From the NCBI GenBank assembly GCA_951406725.2, contig OX597816.1:116870001-116934000 (forward strand): 64,000 nucleotides of DNA. The letters are read 5' to 3'. Numbering within the stretch: position 1 is the stretch's first letter; every line of letters starts with the position of its first letter. This DNA is from Octopus vulgaris (Eukaryota). A model generated the notes under the pieces. That model searched no databases, was not told the origin of the DNA, and was given only the letters and a program-made list of their open reading frames with translations. The translations under genes and the position numbers were made by a program. Shown piece by piece: positions 15,384-28,979 of the stretch.

Positions 15384-16029
15384 AATTTTTTGCGTAATAA
15401 GATAAAAAAACCAAGGCTGTGTAGATATTAGAGTATTTATAGATAGAAGGTCTTACAGCTGTTTCTAGGATATCTATTAAATATGTCCCTTTATCGGAGA
15501 CGGCGTGAGAGGATGGTTAAGTCATAGTTAGTTTAGATATGTTACAAAATAGAGAGAGAGGTGGAGGAAAGAAAATAGATGCAAGATATGTATGGATATT
15601 GTATACCTATTGTATATGGATATTGTATGCCTAAAAAATGGATTTACAACTTCAATATCCATACATATCTTGCATCTATTTTAACCATCCTCTCACACCG
15701 TCTCCGATGAAGGGATATATTTAATAAATATCCTAGAAACAGCTGTAAGACCTTTTATCTATAAATGCTCTAACATCTACACAGCCTTGGTTTTTTTATC
15801 TTATTACGCAAAAAAATTCTTATATATATATATATATGCGTATGTGTGTATGTATATGCATATGCATGTATATTGCATATATGCTTGCATGTCTGTTTGT
15901 ATTTTAATAGATATGCAAACAAGAGACTACTAGTAGACTACTGTATTTTGGGGGATTGTGTGCACACTTTTGAGTATATTTCTTTATTAACGCATATAAC
16001 AAAATTTGAAATCATTGGAAGTTATTTTG
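15164..16029. mobile_element. Long inverted repeat (about 350-bp arms) of a Penelope-like terminal repeat, one hammerhead per arm
   Basis: 15164-15520 is the reverse complement of 15683-16029. The ORF track shows the same peptide on both strands (YFNRYANKRLLVDYCI). Confidence 0.85.
15700..15751 (+). ncRNA. Minimal hammerhead ribozyme with palindromic stem III
   Basis: GTCT-CCGATGA-a-GGGATAT...ATATCCT-a-GAAACAGCTGTA-AGAC. The mirror copy at 15450-15501 (-) has CCGATAA (G8A). Confidence 0.75.
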
Positions 16030-16034
16030 TGAGA

Positions 16035-16330
16035 TGTCCTCCATCTCGCGCTAGATCATCCTACCAAAGCTTTACTCTCATTCGACACAGCAGCTGTGGG
16101 CTGTAAGAGGCCTTGTAACAGGCTCCGCACTAGATGGCTGGACGTGATTGAGGAAGGTCTTTAGAGACTCAACGTCGCTTTGGGGGATGTAGCGGAGCTG
16201 ACACGGGGCCGCCAGCGATGGAGAGCACAGGTGGTTCTGGTTGGCTCTACGCATGATGACGCCTCTGGAACCACTAACTTGGAATGACGCCATCCTCATC
16301 AAGCAAGATCATGAAGCAAGGAAGCAAGCA
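16035..16330 (+). mobile_element. RTE-clade LINE 3' end
   Basis: GCKRPCNRLRTRWLDVIEEGL*RLNV...GRQRWRAQV fits the RPRGRPR.RW.D...DR..WR motif. Ends in a short (AAGC)-type tail. Confidence 0.65.
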
Positions 16331-16900
16331 ATTAAGAAACACTGCCCCTTCAACATAGATACTACTGCATTTTTAATAAAAACACTATTAAACCCTCATA
16401 GTTTACTACTCCTAACACTACCGAAACCATAGCTTCATCCCACCAAGTTAAACTAAACCAAAACTAGTTCCCATGTCACCATAAATAACTGCAATCGCAC
16501 CTTCCCAAACAACTTTCTCTTTTATTACTTAAATAAAACATAATGTACTGATGTGATGAACAAGCCAGCATCTCTACTAAAGCTTACATTGGTCTTACTA
16601 CAAACCGTTAAAGTTCTGCCTCAATCATCAGTCGAGTTCATTTTGAAATTCTACTAGAAGTAACATCTCTTCACTCACTAATATTAAAAAGTTGAAAAAT
16701 ATGAACAAACCATACAATTTAAGATAAAAAATCTTAGCTAAAGCTAAACCTTATACATATAATAAAAGACTGTGCGGAATCTGTACAACGGAAAGCTATG
16801 TATTTCCTTTGTTAAGACACCTGTACTCAATAGATATTCAGAAAGAATAAATTTGCCACCAGAAAATAGTCAAGACTTGCAAATGCTTTGAATCAATTTT
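16330..16900 (+). pseudogene. Penelope-like RT-linker/GIY-YIG remnant
   Basis: FNKNTIK..Y.TTPN, KAYIGLTT, KILAKAKPYTYNKRLCGICTTE. Confidence 0.75.
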
Positions 16901-17149
16901 ATATCCTGACAATGTGACCGTATTCTGCTCTTAACCAGGTTAAACAAACTTCATACACTTCGAGTTTAATCTTTAGCTCTACATTTCCTCGCTCACACGT
17001 TCATATCTCTGGAGTTGCCACTACACTTGATACGATATTAAATATAACACTTATCAGCAGCTCTATTTCCTTTCCTAATTACCATTAGTCTATACTCATT
17101 GTTATCACTTTCTACCGTATATTGAGACTCATATATTATTCTGCTATAA

Positions 17150-17460
17150 GGATATCAAAAAATCTCAACGACAAGTCAGACGTACGGAAATATGTGAGCG
17201 CAACAAAAGGTCCCTTCTGGATAAGATTTAACAATCACAAGTAATTTTTAATATCGAGGAGAGGTGAAACGCCACAGCCTAAGCAAGGTACATACGGAAA
17301 GTGCTGCGCATTACAGCATCAAGTGGAGAGTATTGAAGACGTGCAGATCTTATTTCAAAAGGAGAAGTTCAGCTTTTTCATGGCAGATAAAATAATTATC
17401 TCTTCACTCGAATACTTACCTAAAGTGTAAAAGCGAAATTTTCCAGTCTTGTTCTCATGA
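17150..17460 (+). pseudogene. Second Penelope-like GIY-YIG remnant
   Basis: RKYVSATKGPFWIRFNNHK...HYSIKWRVLKTCRSY. Confidence 0.65.
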
Positions 17461-18011
17461 GCGCAGACATGTACTTGGATACAGACATTTGCTTCATACA
17501 CTGTGATGATACGCTCCCAGTTTTTCGTTTGAATATTTTACGATACCCATAAGCCAGATGTGAAACTTTCTAACCTGCAATGTCAAAGAACCGTTGCCTC
17601 ACTTTTTCCTGCTAGCCTTTCTGATAATTGGTTTTCCCGAATAGTCGTATATTTATTTTCACAGTATACTGTTTTTATTCTAGCTTTAAATTACAACGGT
17701 TTCTATTTTAGAAGATTTCTAAATCTTAGAGCATTGCACCTCCGCTTCTTTTCCATCAATTATTTCCTATATCATTTAATTAAAACCAAAATTTAAATTT
17801 AAAGAGCCTGTCATTTTCGGGCCTTACACGTATCAACGAATAACTGCTACTTACTCAATCCACATTCCATATTTCATTCGCGTTCCTCTTTTCTATCAAT
17901 TTCTTAACGATCCCCTCAGGCTATTTCTTCCTCTACCAAGTCCTTCATTTTTTATGCATATACATGTGCATGTGTGTGTGTGTGTGTGTGTGTGTGCGTA
18001 TGTATGTCATT

Positions 18012-18221
18012 ATTCAGTTTTATTTCAAGATTTCTATTAAAAATAAGAGAAAGAGCCGGTTTCTAACCGGTTTCTATCCTAGTCCAAGGCTCCTTCATCG
18101 GAATTTCAACAACATCAACATGGTATTTTTTTTATATATGTATGTATGTATGTGTGCAGATTTGTATGTTTTGTTTTATGTCTGTATTCTCATGCATATA
18201 GTTGCCTGTCTAGACATGCTC

Positions 18222-18240
<19 letters not shown>
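18012..18240 (-). mobile_element. 3' UTR of the R4-type element also seen at 40780-41046
   Basis: Reverse complement of 40790-41046 (gagcatgtctag...gaaaccggctc...gaaataaaactgaa). Confidence 0.7.
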
Positions 18241-18252
<12 letters not shown>

Positions 18253-19681
18253 TGTATGTATGTATGTATCTGTGTATGTATGCTGGCCAAGATGTTTCAA
18301 CTTTCATGTCTGCGAAGAGAACAAGTAGATCGAACATATTCAAGACTTTATTTATATAAATATTAGGAGAAAAGCAGACTAGAACTTGATAGGGAGGGAA
18401 CGTGGAGAAGAAGAAAATGAATGGAAAACAGAAAGAACAAAACTTAAGAATGAAAAGAAAGAGAAAAGTTTCCAAGAAAATATCGGTAAAAAAGTGCGGT
18501 GGAAGAAAGAATGGAAAATATGAGAGAATAAGTAAGAAAATGTTAAAAGGGAGGGAGAAAAACAAATAACAATAATAAAAAGAAGTGAAAAAGAAATGTT
18601 TGTGAATGGCGTGTTCTGTATATGCACACTGAGGAGAGAAATAAAATTTAAAAAGAACCATTAGTTTTATTCCAGAGCTCAAAAGAAAACTAAGTAGGGC
18701 CAGATCTTAAACTTGAGACAGAGAACACCAAACATCTTATCATATATATTCAACTGCGTTGAAATAAGTGGAAGATAGTAAAAGAGGAAAGTATAACTGG
18801 ATAGAATATCTCATAGAAGCCCTCTTATAAAAATGTATACACTTTGCTTCTCAATTCTTCTTCATCTTATTGCGTCTTCTCTCCTCATCCATTTCCTTTT
18901 CTTTTCTTTTTTCCCCACTTTCTCTCTTTTCATTGTTCTTATTTCATTTGTGTATCTCTTCCTTTCTATTTTCTCCTCTTTCTCTTTCGCAACATCCCAC
19001 TCTCTCCTTTACAATCTCCTCTTTATTATTCTCTTTTCCTCTTCTCATTTTCATCTGTGTCATTTTCTTGCCTAATTTCTCTTAGAAGCTGTTCTTTTTC
19101 TTATTTTCTTTCTTTCCCTTTTTTATCTTTTAGTTTTTCAGTTTTTATGCAGGGAATTGTACTTTGCTTCTCTCCTAATGTTGATATAGAATGTCTTCAT
19201 AATTTTAGATCTACTAGTTCCCTCTGAAGAGATGAAAGTTGAAACTCTTCGCCAGCTTATAAGGAAACGTCGAATAAAATATATTTATTCTGTTTTTAAC
19301 ACTGGGTTTTTATTAATTATTAATTTTTATGATCTTGGAATCAGAATTATTTATATACTAGCTCCCATTCGTGGAGCACTCTCAGTGCCACTGTTATGCA
19401 TATCAACCAAAACATTACCATGCCAACAGAAAATTCTATTTAAAATTGCTGTCGCATAAACTAAATTGTTTCATCAAAAGGCTATGGTCGCTTGTATACT
19501 ATTCGGAGAACAAACTGACAACAGTAAAAATGAAACAACTAGTTTTAAAACATATAAATACCCAACTATGAACAGATTCCTACAACCATTTAAATTGATA
19601 AGCATACGAGTTTGAAATTGACCTTCCAGTTGCCTATAGATAAAAAAGCAAAGTTATCAGAAACTCTAACTCAGGGTATGT

Positions 19682-19941
19682 ACAGTTCTATATTTAAGAG
19701 ATGAGGAATTATGTACATTATTTACAATTGATGGATATTTGTCCTCATCTTGTTTGTTGTTAACACAATGTTTCGGCTGATATACCCTCCAGCCTTCATC
19801 AGGTGTCTTGGGAAAATTTCGAACCTGGGTTCTCATTTCTCGATGTTGGTGTTATTATTATTATTCAGGTCACTGCTTGGAATCGAACTTGGAATCTTGG
19901 AGTTAGTAACCCGCGCTCTTAACCACTACGCCATATGCCCG
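19682..19941 (-). mobile_element. tRNA-headed SINE carrying a hammerhead ribozyme (copy 1)
   Basis: The minus strand reads gggcatatggcgtagtggttaag (A box)...GTTCGATTCC (B box)...(AAT)n...gacacCTGATGAaGGCTG...CAGCCGAAACattgtgtt. Confidence 0.85.
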
Positions 19942-20199
19942 TTCAGAACACCAGCCACCACAACTAATTATATCATCTTATTAAAAGAAACTATCTACTT
20001 ATAGGGTGGCTTCCGAACATTCTATGACTGCTCTTACTACTACTCCAGTACATCTGCGACATAAAAAGTGCCTTACTATTGGCCTACCTGTAAATCAATT
20101 GCATTCTTTGTGTATCCATAATTTACATTGGGTACAGCATATGCAATTCCGACCTCTGACCTATCTGCATATCGAGCTCGGCCATTTTCCATAAGGACA

Positions 20200-20690
20200 G
20201 TAAAACCTATCTTCTTTTCAGTAAAGTAAGAACTTTGTCTCTGCTAAGTCTGTGCTTCTTGATTCTAGACTTTACTTCTACGTTTGGAATTTCTTTTATT
20301 CTTCAACTGATTCAACTTATGAGAAATAGGTTGTCGACATATAGAATCTCCCAGTGAACAACTGGTCTTAAACTCCTCTGTTGGAGGACTATGATAAACA
20401 GAAGTGGGCTGTAGACCGTGCTAAGATGAGCATCTGCCAACACTATGTTTTACTGAACTCATTGCAATGTTGACAACGTCACTTGACATGGCTAATACGG
20501 TACTCGCGTACTTTTCCTCACATATAAGTTTACCTAGCGACTACTTGATAATTGAGCGATAAAAGCTCTCTTCTTGTCGACGAATGCTCGAGATAAGACT
20601 TTCTTTAAGCTAACAATTACTACAATAGTTATCGCACGAGAAAAAAGTCTTGCATCTTGAACTGCATCTCAACTGATCTAACTCTCTTAT
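20200..20690 (-). pseudogene. RTE-clade reverse transcriptase remnant
   Basis: SPLLFIIVLQ...EEFKTSC.WEILYVDNLFLI (decayed YADD). Confidence 0.65.
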
Positions 20691-20755
20691 TTTCACACGC
20701 GCTCCCACGAGTACACACACAAACACATGCATATTTACCTTGATAGAGTCTGTCC

Positions 20756-20804
20756 CTTGTTACTCTGGAGTTTCGCTTATGTGTTCAGAGGGTCATCAGG
20801 CAAG
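20756..20804 (-). ncRNA. Degenerate hammerhead ribozyme
   Basis: cttgc-CTGATGA-...-GAAACTC ca GAGTA-acaag. Stem II is weak. Confidence 0.55.
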
Positions 20805-22057
20805 TTATAACTGGAGATCTTTTGGGTAGATCGTATATATAATATATATATATATATATTAGGGAATATTATTAAACTTACAGGGAAAATTTCAATTTAG
20901 TAATACTAAATCAAATTTCACAATATATAATATATGTATATAAATTAGAAAAAAAGGCACATTTTATTAATTCAACAATGAAATAACAATGATATAATTA
21001 AATTATACCATATAGAAAAAAATTAAATATAAGATAAAAACATATACCAATAATTAAGAAATGTACAAAATAATAAATAAAAAGTATATAATTGGTAAAA
21101 GGACTACACGTGTTTCGTGGCTATATTTAAAAACTGGTATATTGAATAGGAAAAAGAGGAGAAGAAAGGAAAAAAGGGGGATTAAGAGGTAAATAAGTTA
21201 GGGTGGGTGGATATTAAATCGATAAATAGGATCAATAGAAATTAATAATGTAAAATATTAAACAAATAAATGTGAATGGGAGTCAACAGGATTGGATTGA
21301 ATGGTGTAATTCATTTGCTTGTAAATGTAATCATCGCAACTTATTGTGATGATTACTTTCTTTCTTTCTTTTGCTTGTATGTGCAGTTGTACAACCCCTT
21401 ATACACTCGCTTAAATGCATGTATATCTACCCGAGATTTGCTCTTTCATTTGTAAATATGCATTGCGAGTATTATTGTCCCGTTTTTACCGGTCTACACT
21501 CTGAGTCCATCTATTAGCAATTACAGACATCTCCAGGTGTTCCATCCAATAAAATAATTTGTAATATATCAGTAATGTAATATCATATAGATATCTTTCC
21601 TTTTATCTTAATCTTTAAATCTCAACCAGATTTTCGTATTTTCTTCTGATCATTTTTATTATATTCATTTGCAATTTTTCAATATTTCCAGTGAATCTGT
21701 TTGATGATCGTTGTTTGTTTTCTCTTTTCTTTTAATAGTTTTCCCCCATAAATTTGAATACATCTTTCTTTTTGCTCAAAGTGTAATAAAGTTTCTCTAC
21801 GTTTGAGACCTTCTACCAAAAATGTCGTAGTTGGTGATAAAATTTCTTGAGATGAGTAATGAGAAAATAAAACGAATAAAAACAAAATTGACTTACATTG
21901 CACCCAAGCAGAAGGATGACATATGAAAGATAAAAATGATAAAAACATGCAAGTTTTTTTAACTCGTATGTTATCTTGACTGTCTCATTTCAGGTATATG
22001 ATACACTGTCATTCTTGTATTACAAGTTAGTTTTATATTTATCATCCTTATTGTAAG

Positions 22058-22450
22058 GGTTGGTGAATGACAGAATCGGTAGAGTGCTGGACAAAATGCC
22101 CTTTGCATTCTGGGTTCAGACCCTGCCAGGCCTATATTTTTCTTTCATGATTCCTAGGTCATTAAAAGAATTACTAGTCAGCAATTCAATCGAATTTCTT
22201 CCCTTCACATCTTGAACTTGTAACCAAATGAAAAAACTACTAAAGGTAGCAGGATGCCAAAATCATTAGATCACTGTGGGAAATGCTTTGCGATATTTCT
22301 TTCGGTTGTTTCCGTTCTAAGTTCAAACCTCACTGGGATCATCTCTGCTTTTCATCCCACCAGTTTCGATAATATAAAGTACCAATTATGTACTTGGATC
22401 AATGGTATGGACGCAACTCAAAACTACTTGCCTTGTACCTACATCAGATG
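22058..22450 (+). mobile_element. Two old tandem tRNA-SINE family B copies
   Basis: Decayed matches to cagaatcgttag...ctgagttcaaa...gcctttcatcc...aagtacca. Confidence 0.6.
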
Positions 22451-23049
22451 CCAACGCCGTAATCTGATAAACGAACAACAAAAACATAATACAACCACAA
22501 AAGAAAACAGCAACAAGTATAGTAAAATTATCAGCTGCAGAACCAGGAGCAGCAAAAACAACAACAATGGTAATAACAGAAGTGTCACTAAACAAAATAG
22601 CAACAGAAACAACATAACCAAAAGAATCTCCAAACCCCAACACAACATCACAATGACATACTTCTCCTTACTTTAGATCACTCAGATATGTCTTGCAATG
22701 AGGGCGACAGGGATGAGAATTGTAAAACTATCCCCGTAAAAGTGAAAATGAAAAAAAAAATAGAAGCAAAAAAATGAACCTTCACTCACAAAATGAGGAA
22801 GTTAAACACCAAACTTCAGATCCACTACTGCAATCACCACAACGAACACAAGCAACCTAACGAACACAAGCAACCTAATCTACACTTCAGCCAGCAATCA
22901 GGGCAACACCCGCTTTTTACTCGTTAGTACTACTTTTACTACTGTTGTTATTTACTCTACAGCGCCGTGCAATATGAGGAGGGGTGTATTTGTAAATGCC
23001 GTTGTTCGTTGGAGTTTGTGTGAGTATTTTGTAGACTTTGTAAAACATA

Positions 23050-23520
23050 TTCATGTGTCTTAGAGCCTGCTTCGTAGAGATTCATAGGCACTATCATTCT
23101 CTGACAGCCTTCGTAAAAGAAAGGCAAGCCAATAAATCATTCCTTGATCTGGTGAAAGCCTTTGGAAAGGCTTCACGCTTTGTAGTGTGATGGTCGCTAC
23201 GATAACTAGAGGTAGAAGAATGGTTTGTGTGAGATGAACAAAAAATGTACAGGAATGCTGGGGTGCCGTCAGTGTAGTGGCAATTAACAAAGAGTTCCCT
23301 GTAAAATCTCACGAAACAGTAAGTGTCCATTCAGTCTTTAGTCTCACCCCGCTTCTATTTATCATAGTCCTCTTATGCTTATCAGCGAAATACCAGACTG
23401 GATTACTACGAGAATTTTTTTAGGTGGATAAGTCAGCCAACGGATTAGGAAAAAAAAGTTTCAAATATGGAATAAAGTCTAGAACCCAGAGGTTTCAAAA
23501 CTAAATTTAGTAAAAAAAAT
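23050..23520 (+). pseudogene. RTE-clade RT remnant
   Basis: FLDLVKAFGKASRFVV*WSLR*LEVEEWFV resembles FVDLEKAFDRVPR..IWW.LRKLGV.EW, followed by PLLFIIVL. Confidence 0.65.
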
Positions 23521-23774
23521 ACATCCTTCCCATGTCCAACCCATTCTTTCCCACCATCATTTATATCCTGCAGTGTATTTAAATATTCATGAACAAAACC
23601 CCATCGCACCATTTTTTTAATGTTTTTTTTTTATTAAGTACCTGATTTTAGAATTCTGTTTCTTGGTCTCTTCTCTACTCTTCTGTCTCACTCTCACTCT
23701 CTCTTCAAATCTTCCTGCCATTCCTTCTCTTCCTCCTGTTCTCCTTCTCGTCCTCCTCCTCTTTCTCCCTCTAA

Positions 23775-24480
23775 TTTTATGTCCGTTTTTTCTCATGTGA
23801 TGGACAGGATTCCTCTAACACAGCGTCTCGCCATTCGTTGTGGTATCTTGCCATCTTTGCCAGGTTTAGTTCGCTGAGACCAACCTTCACTACTTCTTTC
23901 CATGTTTTTCTCAATCTTTCCCTTGCACAAATTCCTTCCACTTGGAGACCACTCGGCATTCCTCTACCTGAGTATCCTCCCTCACACATACCACTTGGCT
24001 ATATCAATGTAGTCACCTCTCTTGTATATTCGTCCTTACGCAGTCTTTCTCTCTGCTCACTTGTACTCCGCCCTTCATACAAGCTACTTGTATACATCCA
24101 GCGGAGTATGATCGCCTCACTTGTTTCAAGGTCTCTTGCACCCTCCACGTTCAAGACCCATGTTTGTTGACCGTATAATGATGAATTTTATACACAACTT
24201 TCACACTGCCCTGTAAATGGAAAGAAAATTCCTTTGTTGGCAGCAGAGTGAAAAGTTTCCTCTTCGTTTATGCTCTTATTACTATGCTTTCTGAACGCAC
24301 GCCTCTCCCGCTAATTAGGTGCACTAGATGGCAGAAGCTCTCAGCTACTTCTACAGAGATTTCTGAGTATTTGAAAGAATTTATTTCATGAATTATTTGA
24401 ATGTTAATTACTCTTGCTCACCGGCTACATACGAACTCATACTTTGTCAACCTGCCTGTGACTCAAACTGCACCCATATT
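23775..24480 (-). mobile_element. RTE-clade LINE 3' fragment
   Basis: LYGQQTWVL...LETSEAIILRWM and VEGICARERLRKTWKEVVK...EWRDAV. Confidence 0.75.
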
Positions 24481-24880
24481 TTACATTGGTCACACGGTAT
24501 AGAATCACTGCACATCTCTTCCGACTATCAAACAAGGTAATTTCCCTAATGGCAGCTGAGCATTGTATTCTTTCTTGTTTCTTCTTTAGTGAGTGTGAGA
24601 CAGAAGGGTAGAGAAAGAGACCAGGAAACAGAGAAATTTAACATCGGGTACTTAATAAATAATTAAAGAAATAAAGAAATATTTTTTAAAAAGGCGTGAG
24701 ATGGAGTTTTGTTCATAAATATTTAAACATGTTGCAAGGGTGAAAATGAAGGTGACGAAGAATGGTATGAACATGGGGAAAATGTATTTTCTTCAGGAAA
24801 TGTGAAACTATTATATTTGTATGGATACATCAAATGTACAATGAATATGCGTCTTATGTGATTATGAGTATATATGTTTG

Positions 24881-24934
<54 letters not shown>

Positions 24935-24940
<6 letters not shown>

Positions 24941-25082
24941 TATAAACAGAAGGACATACGCACATACAAAGAAGGAGGGAAAAGGTGTACATAGATAAAA
25001 ATAGATATATATTACAGACTGATATACACAGGCATATAGGCACAAATAATACATACACGTATATGTATAATATATATATATA

Positions 25083-25123
<41 letters not shown>

Positions 25124-25265
25124 AATATAAACAGAAGGACATACACACATACAAAGAAGGAGAGAAAGAGTGTACATAGATAAAAGTAGATATGTAATAC
25201 AGACGGATATACACAGGCATATATGCACAAATAATACATACGCGTATATGTATAATATATATATA
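24935..25265. repeat. Tandem duplication of an approximately 145-bp unit separated by (TA)n
   Basis: tataaacagaaggacatac...gcacaaataatacatac occurs at about 24940 and 25125. Confidence 0.85.
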
Positions 25266-25276
25266 TATATATATAT

Positions 25277-25323
<47 letters not shown>

Positions 25324-25430
25324 TATACGTGTGTGTCTGTACCAACGAATCGCAGCCATGCCAGATCACAGGTATACATACACACACGTACATATACACA
25401 TACACACACATATGCATTTACATATAAAAT

Positions 25431-25479
<49 letters not shown>

Positions 25480-25750
25480 ATGCTTATACATACATATATA
25501 CATACATACATACACACTCACACACGTGCACACACACATGTATACATATATATATATATATATAAATACACACACACGCACACACACACACACATATATA
25601 CATATATATATGTACGCGTTCGCGCACATACACATAATTGAGGCCACTGAGACACACTAAATAATGTATATGAGGTGATGTTTGAGCGTCTTTTGTGGGA
25701 TATTTAAGTGTGTATGTGTGTAGATATGGATATGTATGTGTATGTGTGTA

Positions 25751-25805
<55 letters not shown>

Positions 25806-26228
25806 CTGAGTGAAACAGTGAATGTATATCTTTCTAAATTTATCAGTGCATATGTATGTATTTTGTGCGTGTATATGTATGTGTGTTTGTGTAGTTTTAC
25901 GAATGTACACGTAAGTGCCTGTGGAATCCATTAGATATTGCCAGAGTGATTAGGTAGTCTTCTTAAAACAATTCCTGGCAAGATTTCAAAAGTAAGGAAT
26001 TAATACAAAAAAAAAGAACACAGAAACATGAGCGCGTGCGTATACTCACTGATGTACGTATTAATGCATGTACTCATTCGGAAGCACACATAACAATAGG
26101 TGGGCACACACTCATACACTTACAATTGCACGCGCATGCACTAAAACGTACTCACTCACGTAGACGCACGCAGGGACACATACATAGTCAAACAAGGACA
26201 CACTCCGACTAATGCGCGGACGGACGGT

Positions 26229-26288
<60 letters not shown>

Positions 26289-26819
26289 TACAAACACACA
26301 CACACACACATTCTCACCTATGCACTCATGCAAATACACAGCGATACTCTAACACTCCGATATATGGATAGCTAACACGTAAACACTAATAAATGTACAC
26401 TTACACATACACACAAACTTACAGATGCACTCACACACACACACATACTCACAAGTGTATGCGCTTACACATGCATACGTGCACATATGTACATAATTAC
26501 ACATGAACATACATTCACACATACATAGATACATGCATGCGTGCATGCATACATATACACATGCATACCTGTTCATACGGTCACACACGCAGGCACACAC
26601 CTCTTACATGCACTATGTACCTGATAAAAAAAAACCATACAGACAGCGGACATGTGGGAAAAGATAAGTGATGCCTTATAGCAAAATGACTGCAGTGAGA
26701 GACGGGGGTTGTTGAAAGAGGCCAGTGACGTGCAATCCAGCATACACACACACACATGCGCACATACATATATATATATGTATGTATGTATTTATACACA
26801 TATATATATAAACATATAT

Positions 26820-26872
<53 letters not shown>

Positions 26873-27015
26873 TGCATGTATGGATGTATGTATGTATGTA
26901 TGTATGTATTTATGTATGTGTGTGTGTGTATCTGTATATAAATATCTGTAAATATACATTTTTCATATGCATACAAATGTATGCGTATCTCTAAGTATAC
27001 ATGTGTTTTTGTGCA

Positions 27016-27091
<76 letters not shown>

Positions 27092-27096
27092 TAGAG

Positions 27097-27150
<54 letters not shown>

Positions 27151-28423
27151 AGAGGATATATATACATACATTCATGCATATCCACATACATACAAGCGTA
27201 CATGCACGCATATATACACACGTATATATATATATACATGCATACAAACATACATACGTATAAACATATACATGTACATATGTGTGTTGGCATCCACAGA
27301 TATATTTACATCTATATACATGCATATATGCGCACTCAAACAAGCACCCACAAACATGCGTACACACACTCACACGCATACACACACATATATACACACG
27401 CATATATATTCATATAAATGTACGTGTGTATGTGTCAGTGTATATGCATGAACATTTATGTTATTTGTTTATATTCCTGGCAAATGGCATACAGTGCTAC
27501 ACGAAGTTTCACGATTGCTCTGACTGTCTGAAAGACTTTGTTGATCTGTTAACCAATAGCTATGCTTGTTCTAGAAGGCACTGGTGCCTCACTATTTCAT
27601 TGTCTAACTCGGTTCTATTATGTCATCTAAGGAAACCATTAATTTGTAAATAAGATGTTTGTAAAAACAGAAATGCGCAGATGGCACTAATCTTCGCAGG
27701 ACGACAAAACTATATCTTCTTTGGAAGAATATAAAACTGTGGTTCGCATAATATAAATAATAGAAAATCGCAATTTATTTCAAATTTCGTCTTAAATTTG
27801 ACGAACCGAACATCTCAGTAAGCAACGTATCAGCTAATATTTTATCAATCTGCAATTCAAAATTCAAAATATATTTATTTGCTCCTAAGCTCTATGTGTG
27901 TATTTTTAAGCAGATATAAGAAGAAAAGGGCTTTTTTTCTCCCTCATATTTTATTATGACCATGCAAGATCAGAGTCTTGTGGTTTTCGACCACTCATAA
28001 TTGATATTAGCTACTTCAGTCGTGGAAAATCTCTGACTTTGCAACAACACTATATTTTATTGCAAGATAGCATTTTGAGCAGTAGTTTAAAAACTAATTG
28101 TATTTTGTTTTTAAAATATCAGTCTAAAAACCATATGTATTTTTAAACGGACCTGACAGCGCAATTGATTCTACATTTAAGCAAATAGATGCGTTATATA
28201 TATTTAATTTTAAAAGTATTCTCGGTTAACCCAGCATACGTTTACTGCAGTCTACTGACTTTATGTCGGCTCCGCTCACTATTTCTTTTCAATGTCATTT
28301 TCTATCCAACTAGTTACTATGGTATCGCTAAAATTGTGCATTTGTATAATAGTTATAGAACTGTAACTATGGTTAGAGTTCTGCAAAACTACAATTTCTC
28401 TATAACCATAGTAATACTCTCTC

Positions 28424-28635
28424 TTTACTCTTTTACTCTTTTACTTGTTTCAGTCATTTGACTGTGGCCATGCTGGAGCACCGCCTTTAGTCGAGCAAAT
28501 CGACCCCAGGACTTATTCTTTGTAAGCCTAGTACTTATTCTATCGGCCGAACTTATTCTATTGCCGAACCGCTCAGTTACGTAAGCACACCAGCATCGGT
28601 TGTCAAGAGACGTTGGGGGGACAAACACAGACACA
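28424..28635 (-). mobile_element. tRNA-SINE family A, 3' half
   Basis: cttgtttcagtcatttgactgtggccatgctggagcaccgcc. Confidence 0.85.
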
Positions 28636-28979
28636 TCAATATATATATATATGTGTGTGTGTGTGTGTATCTATGTATGTATGTGTGTGTGTGTGTATGT
28701 ATAACATTAGGATTGTATACAATTTTAGGTAAACACACACATATACGCAAACACACACATACACAGAGAGATGTAATCCTGCGATAGAGTATCAGCCCGA
28801 TCATGTGATCTTGTATACTTCAGCGCCTCAAGAACCAACAGAAAAATTCCTGCCCAATAGGCCTCGCATAAGGCATACTTTTTACACATATAAACAAATA
28901 TATTTACGTAATACACATATGCATAATACAAATTACAAAAACAAACACACATATATAATATATATAATATATATAAAAG

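Noticed and set aside
27480-28190. Possible hAT transposase fossil or host exon
   Set aside because: Only a faint FATT..C..AF resemblance, with no sustained frame. Not supportable by eye.
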